NCBI GenBank assembly: GCA_963674755.2
Contig: CAXXVS010000002.1
Span: 544,001-608,000, forward strand
Reading direction: 5' to 3'
DNA: 64,000 nucleotides
From: Desulfobacterales bacterium
GTDB lineage: Bacteria; Desulfobacterota; Desulfobacteria; Desulfobacterales; UBA5852
In this document: positions 59,745 through 64,000 of the stretch, in pieces
Numbering within the stretch: the first letter of the stretch is position 1
How the letters are laid out: every line of letters starts with the position of its first letter
The notes under the pieces: model-generated
The model's input: the letters and a program-made list of their open reading frames with translations, nothing else
The model's database searches: none
What the model was told of the DNA's origin: nothing
Program-made: the position numbers and the translations under genes

Positions 59745-60740
59745 ATGACAGAAAACGTACAAACAATGGCATCGGAAACCAAGCCAGCGGCACCCGTCAT
59801 CCATGTTTCCCCATCGCCGCATTTATCCAATCAGGCCCTCACCACCCAGCGCATCATGCTGGACGTGGTCATCGGGCTCGTGCCGACGGTACTGATGGCC
59901 CTCTATGTCTTTCGCCTTTATGCGGTCAAACAATTGGCGATTTGCGTTATCAGCTGCCTCGCCGCGGAAGCTCTCTTTACCCGCATGCGCGGGCGGGCGC
60001 TCCCGCTGGCGGATTGCTCCGCGCTGGTCACCGGACTGATCATAGCGCTTTCTTTGCCGGGCCCTGCTCCCTGGTACGTGGGCCTGATCGCTTCTTTTGT
60101 GGCCATCGGCATCGGCAAGACCATCTTCGGTGGTGTCGGCATGAATATCTTCAATCCGGCCATGGTGGGACGGGCCTTTGTCATGATCGCGTTTGCCAGC
60201 GCGCTGGCTGCCGCCGGTTATCAGGATGCCACCAGCGCGGTGGATGCGGTCACCCAGGCGACCCCCTTGGATACCTTTAAACAGACCGGCCTGTCGACCC
60301 CACTGTCCGTTTTGTTTTTCGGCCTGACCAACGGATCCTTGGGTGAGACCAGCGCCCTGGCATGTCTTATCGGCGGTCTCTATCTGTGTATTCGCCGCAC
60401 CGCTTCATGGGAAATTCCAGCCGGGGTCATTCTGTCGGTGGCGGTGCTGGGCGGCATCGCGAATCTGGCCAATCCCCATTCGGGCTGGACGGTCCTGCAT
60501 CATCTCTTAAGCGGGGCTTTGCTGTTCGGCGCTTTTTTCATCGCCACGGACCCGGTCTCCAGTCCGCTCACCCCCAAAGGCAAATTCATATTCGGTGTCG
60601 GCATTGGCGCGATCATTATGCTGCTGCGGCTCTTCAGCGGCTACCCGGAAGGCGTCATGTTCGCCGTACTCCTGATGAATGCCCTGACGCCCCTGATCAA
60701 CCGCTGGACCATCCCGCGTCCTCTGGGAGGCCAGAAGTAG
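59745..60740 (+). CDS. rnfD: Rnf complex subunit D
   Basis: SPSPH, NIFNPAMVG, TQATPL (FMN site), GSLGETS, FFIATDPV, YPEG. Confidence 0.96.
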   Translation: MTENVQTMASETKPAAPVIHVSPSPHLSNQALTTQRIMLDVVIGLVPTVLMALYVFRLYAVKQLAICVISCLAAEALFTRMRGRALPLADCSALVTGLIIALSLPGPAPWYVGLIASFVAIGIGKTIFGGVGMNIFNPAMVGRAFVMIAFASALAAAGYQDATSAVDAVTQATPLDTFKQTGLSTPLSVLFFGLTNGSLGETSALACLIGGLYLCIRRTASWEIPAGVILSVAVLGGIANLANPHSGWTVLHHLLSGALLFGAFFIATDPVSSPLTPKGKFIFGVGIGAIIMLLRLFSGYPEGVMFAVLLMNALTPLINRWTIPRPLGGQK

Positions 60741-60812
60741 GCCGCCATTCCCTTGCATTTCGGGCATTGGTGCGGATTCAACGAATTTTTCTGAGGAGAG
60801 CGTAGGCACGGC

Positions 60813-61451
60813 ATGACAGAACATGTGAAATCCAATTTTTTTTCCCAGGCCTGGCTGGTACTGCTTCTGTCCATCTGTTTCGGAGCCCTGCTGGCGGCCG
60901 TGCAGATCACCCTGGGGCCGACCATCGAGGCCAACAAAATCAACGAAACCCTGGCGAAAGTCCCCGAAATGGTTTTCGGTGCGGCACGGGCCGAGGAATT
61001 GGCCGCCAAGCATGAAACCGTGGATGTCAGTCCCCTCTCGGTGGAGGTGGACAAGGCCGGGAAAAAGGTACGTTACAGCGTCTACGAAGCCAGGACCAAT
61101 GGGCATCTGGATGGATGGGTCGCCAAAACCGCCGGTCAGGGGTATGCCGACAAGATCGAAATGCTGATCGGCTTCGATCCGCAGATGGACAAGATCACCG
61201 GTATTTTCATCCTCGACCAGAAAGAGACACCCGGTCTCGGCAATAAAATTTCCACCGAAGACTGGCGGCACCAGTTTGTGGGCAAATCCACGGCGCAACC
61301 CCTTTCGGTGGTGAAGGGCAATGTCAAGGCCGGCAATGAGATCGACGCCATCACGGGGGCCACCATTTCCTCCAAGTCCGTGACCGGTATCGTCAATACG
61401 GTGGTTAAAGATCTTCGTAACCCTTTGATTGAGAAGGCAAAAGGAAAGTAG
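60813..61451 (+). CDS. rnfG: Rnf complex subunit G
   Basis: ETPGLG and DAITGATISS (FMN site). Confidence 0.95.
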   Translation: MTEHVKSNFFSQAWLVLLLSICFGALLAAVQITLGPTIEANKINETLAKVPEMVFGAARAEELAAKHETVDVSPLSVEVDKAGKKVRYSVYEARTNGHLDGWVAKTAGQGYADKIEMLIGFDPQMDKITGIFILDQKETPGLGNKISTEDWRHQFVGKSTAQPLSVVKGNVKAGNEIDAITGATISSKSVTGIVNTVVKDLRNPLIEKAKGK

Positions 61452-61453
61452 TC

Positions 61454-62083
61454 ATGGCTGACCAACCCACTGCCCTGGAACGTTTCATTCAGGGGATTCT
61501 ACCCGAAAATCCGGTTTTCAGGCAGCTTCTCGGGCTGTGCCCAACGCTGGCGGTGACCAACAACATGAAATCCGCCGTCACGATGGCCGGCGCGGTCATG
61601 TTCGTTCTCTTCTGCGCCAACGTCATCACCAGTCTGATCCGCAACCTGCTCAAGCCCCATCTGCGCATCGTCATCTTTACCCTGACCATTGCGACCTTCG
61701 TGACGATCGCCGACCGCTTCCTGGCCGCTTATCTCTATCAGATGAGCAAAACCCTGGGACCTTACATCCCGCTGATCATCGTCAACTGCATCATCATCTG
61801 CCGCTGTGAAGTCTGCGCCTCCAAACAGGGGATGGTGACCGCCGGCGCGGATGCCATCGGGCAATCCATCGGTTTCGGGATCGCCCTTTCGGCCATCGCC
61901 AGCGTGCGTGAAATCCTGGGGACCGGCAACTTTTTTGATATCCCCGTGCTGCCGGCGGCCTGGCCGGACTGGGTCATCATGGTGCTGCCGCCGGGGGCCT
62001 TTTTGACCTTTGGTCTCCTGATCGGGCTGGTGAACTGGTACACCTCATTGCGTGCATCTAAAGCCGGGAATAGCGAGGGCTAA
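61454..62083 (+). CDS. rnfE: Rnf complex subunit E
   Basis: [34 protein letters not shown]. Confidence 0.96.
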   Translation: MADQPTALERFIQGILPENPVFRQLLGLCPTLAVTNNMKSAVTMAGAVMFVLFCANVITSLIRNLLKPHLRIVIFTLTIATFVTIADRFLAAYLYQMSKTLGPYIPLIIVNCIIICRCEVCASKQGMVTAGADAIGQSIGFGIALSAIASVREILGTGNFFDIPVLPAAWPDWVIMVLPPGAFLTFGLLIGLVNWYTSLRASKAGNSEG

Positions 62084-62088
62084 CCACT

Positions 62089-62871
62089 ATGCTGAACTAT
62101 ATCGTCGATATTTTCCTGATTGCCGTAAGTGCTGCGCTCATCAACAACTTTGTGCTGCACTATTTCGTGGGCTGCTGTCCCTTCGTGGGGGTGTCCCGGC
62201 GCATCGACATGGCGTTTGGCATGGGAGCCGCGGTGACCTTCGTGATCAGCATCGCGGCTTTCATCAGCTGGGTCATTACCACCTTTGTACTGGTGCAGGG
62301 GGCGCCCCTTTCGCGTTGGATCGCCGGCTTTTTCGTGTCGCCCGAGACTGCGGCCAACGTGGATCTGACCATATTAAGCTATATCGTCTATATCCTGGCG
62401 ATTGCGTCCTCGGTGCAGTTCGTTGAAATGTATGTGCGCAAATTCTACCCCCCGCTCTATAAATCCTTCGGGGTCTACCTCCCTCTGATTACGACCAATT
62501 GTGCGATTCTCTTCGCGTGTCTGATGATCATGAGCCACATCGTGGGGGTGGACGATCCGGCTCAGGCGTGGGATCTGGGCCGCTCATTGGTGCTGGGTAT
62601 TTTCGGCGGGGTGGGCTTTACCATCGCCATTGTCATCATGGCCGGTATCCGGGAAGAACTCGATCTGTGCGATGTGCCGGCGCCTTTCAAGGGGACGGCC
62701 ATTACGATGATCGTAGCCGGTATCCTGGCCCTGGGATTCATGGGCTTCACCGGTGTCGATTCCGGGCTGCGCAAAGCCATGACGCCGCGTCCGGCCGGCC
62801 AGGCCGTTTTAGACCAGAACCAACCGTCGCGCATCGTCGATCAAGGGACAAACAACCAGCCCATTGGCTGA
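62089..62871 (+). CDS. rnfA: Rnf complex subunit A
   Basis: [31 protein letters not shown]. Confidence 0.95.
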   Translation: MLNYIVDIFLIAVSAALINNFVLHYFVGCCPFVGVSRRIDMAFGMGAAVTFVISIAAFISWVITTFVLVQGAPLSRWIAGFFVSPETAANVDLTILSYIVYILAIASSVQFVEMYVRKFYPPLYKSFGVYLPLITTNCAILFACLMIMSHIVGVDDPAQAWDLGRSLVLGIFGGVGFTIAIVIMAGIREELDLCDVPAPFKGTAITMIVAGILALGFMGFTGVDSGLRKAMTPRPAGQAVLDQNQPSRIVDQGTNNQPIG

Positions 62872-62945
62872 ACCAGGCGATGCCGTCCGCATGCGACACT
62901 GACGGCAGGCATCCGCAGCGCCTATCAGGATAGGGAGATGGATTC

Positions 62946-63857
62946 ATGAATGCAGTTACGTTGGGCCTTTCCGCTGGGACCCTTTTCGCGATGGCCGTCG
63001 TTTTTTCGTATATCCTCGGCTGGGCCAGCCGTAAATTTCACGTGGAAGTGGATTCCCGGGTGACGGCCATCATGGAAGTCCTGCCCGGCGCCAATTGCGG
63101 CGGCTGCGGGTTTGTGGGGTGCAGCGATTATGCCGAGGCCATCGTTGGTGCCGATGCGCCGGTCAACAAGTGCACGGTGGGCGGCGAAAGCTGTGCCGCC
63201 CAAGTGGCGGGTATCATGGGCGTGGAATTGAAGGAAACCCTGCCGTTCCGGCCGATCGTGCACTGCGGTGCGCATACCGAAGACAAGCTGCAGCGGCACA
63301 CCTATTTGGGGGAGCAAACCTGTTCCGCGGTCAATCTGGTTTCCGGCGTGCAGGGATGCACTTATGGATGCCTGGGCTATGGCGACTGTACGCGGGCCTG
63401 CAATTACGACGCCATTCATGTCGTGGACGGTCTGGCGACGGTGGATTACGACAAGTGCGTGGGTTGCGGCGCCTGCGCCAATGTATGCCCCCGCAATATC
63501 ATTACGATGACGCCTTTCAAGTACCAGCGTGTGATGGCGGTGGCCTGTTCCAACAAGGATTTCGGCAAGGCGGTGAAGGAGGTTTGCCAGGTGGGCTGCA
63601 TCGGGTGCAAGGCCTGTGCGAAAGCGTGCAGCCTTTTTCAGGTGGAAGACAATTTGTCTTCCATCAATTATGATCTATACTGCCAGGACTACACGGAAGA
63701 GCTCAAGAAGGCCATCGAGAAGTGCCCCCAGAAGAAGATCATCCTGGTGGGCAAACCCACCGCCAAGCACCTGGAAGAGACCAAGGACATGGACGTTCCC
63801 GAGTTGGTGGAGGCCAATTTCCACACCACGGTGGATGATACCGAGTGGTGGGGCTAA
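62946..63857 (+). CDS. rnfB: Rnf complex subunit B
   Basis: N-terminal TM; LPGANCGGCGFVGC; several CxxCxxC ferredoxin motifs. Confidence 0.96.
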   Translation: MNAVTLGLSAGTLFAMAVVFSYILGWASRKFHVEVDSRVTAIMEVLPGANCGGCGFVGCSDYAEAIVGADAPVNKCTVGGESCAAQVAGIMGVELKETLPFRPIVHCGAHTEDKLQRHTYLGEQTCSAVNLVSGVQGCTYGCLGYGDCTRACNYDAIHVVDGLATVDYDKCVGCGACANVCPRNIITMTPFKYQRVMAVACSNKDFGKAVKEVCQVGCIGCKACAKACSLFQVEDNLSSINYDLYCQDYTEELKKAIEKCPQKKIILVGKPTAKHLEETKDMDVPELVEANFHTTVDDTEWWG

Positions 63858-63910
63858 GCGGCTGAAAAAGGTCTGCTCCGTCAGAACCCCGTACACCGGA
63901 AGATTAGCGC

Positions 63911-63941
63911 AAGGCAGGGAAGAAGTTCCCTGCCTTTTTTT
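63911..63941 (+). terminator. Intrinsic terminator of the rnf operon
   Basis: AAGGCAGGGAA-GAAG-TTCCCTGCCTT followed by a T-run. Confidence 0.9.
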
Positions 63942-64000
63942 GTTTTTGTAAAGGGGCCTCTAAACAGCGCTGCCAAGACCGGTTTCCCGCCGTGCGTTGC

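Noticed and set aside
1..64000. CRISPR array, rRNA, tRNA, integrase or transposase
   Set aside because: No regularly spaced repeats, cloverleaf/T-loop signatures, rRNA motifs or recombinase motifs seen by eye. A tRNAscan/Infernal run would be needed to exclude them fully.

Overview
A GC-rich bacterial chromosome segment. Gene content and style suggest a sulfate-reducing deltaproteobacterium of the Desulfobacterales type (inference, no database search). It holds about 60 mostly housekeeping or accessory CDSs: two PpiC/SurA-type PPIases, a PAS sigma54 activator, msrA, a PEP-synthase-like protein, MltD, aroF, TolC, a TetR/aminotransferase pair, SMUG1, DnaJ, LOG, PP2C, an ABC1 kinase, a Lon-type protease, an EHD/dynamin-like NTPase and a complete rnfCDGEAB operon. 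I found no rRNA, tRNA, CRISPR array, integrase or transposase. The strongest candidate for a novel system is a two-gene operon (13715-16973) behind a sigma54-type promoter. It encodes an N-acyl amino acid synthase-like GNAT fused to a CRP-like cNMP-binding/HTH module, plus a ThiF-nitroreductase fusion: an OxzAB-like oxazolone/N-acyl amino acid pathway that may be cyclic-nucleotide gated. Other highlights are a Trp/Phe-rich leader-peptide attenuator upstream of aroF, a sigma54 enhancer/promoter driving a 54-aa membrane microprotein, 11-bp tandem repeats before a BldC/Xis-like HTH gene, a 146-bp TA-bounded MITE-like element, and a structured leader with an SD-ATG-AGT-TGA minigene (possible Sec read-through). 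All product calls come from motif recognition by eye; start codons are best guesses.
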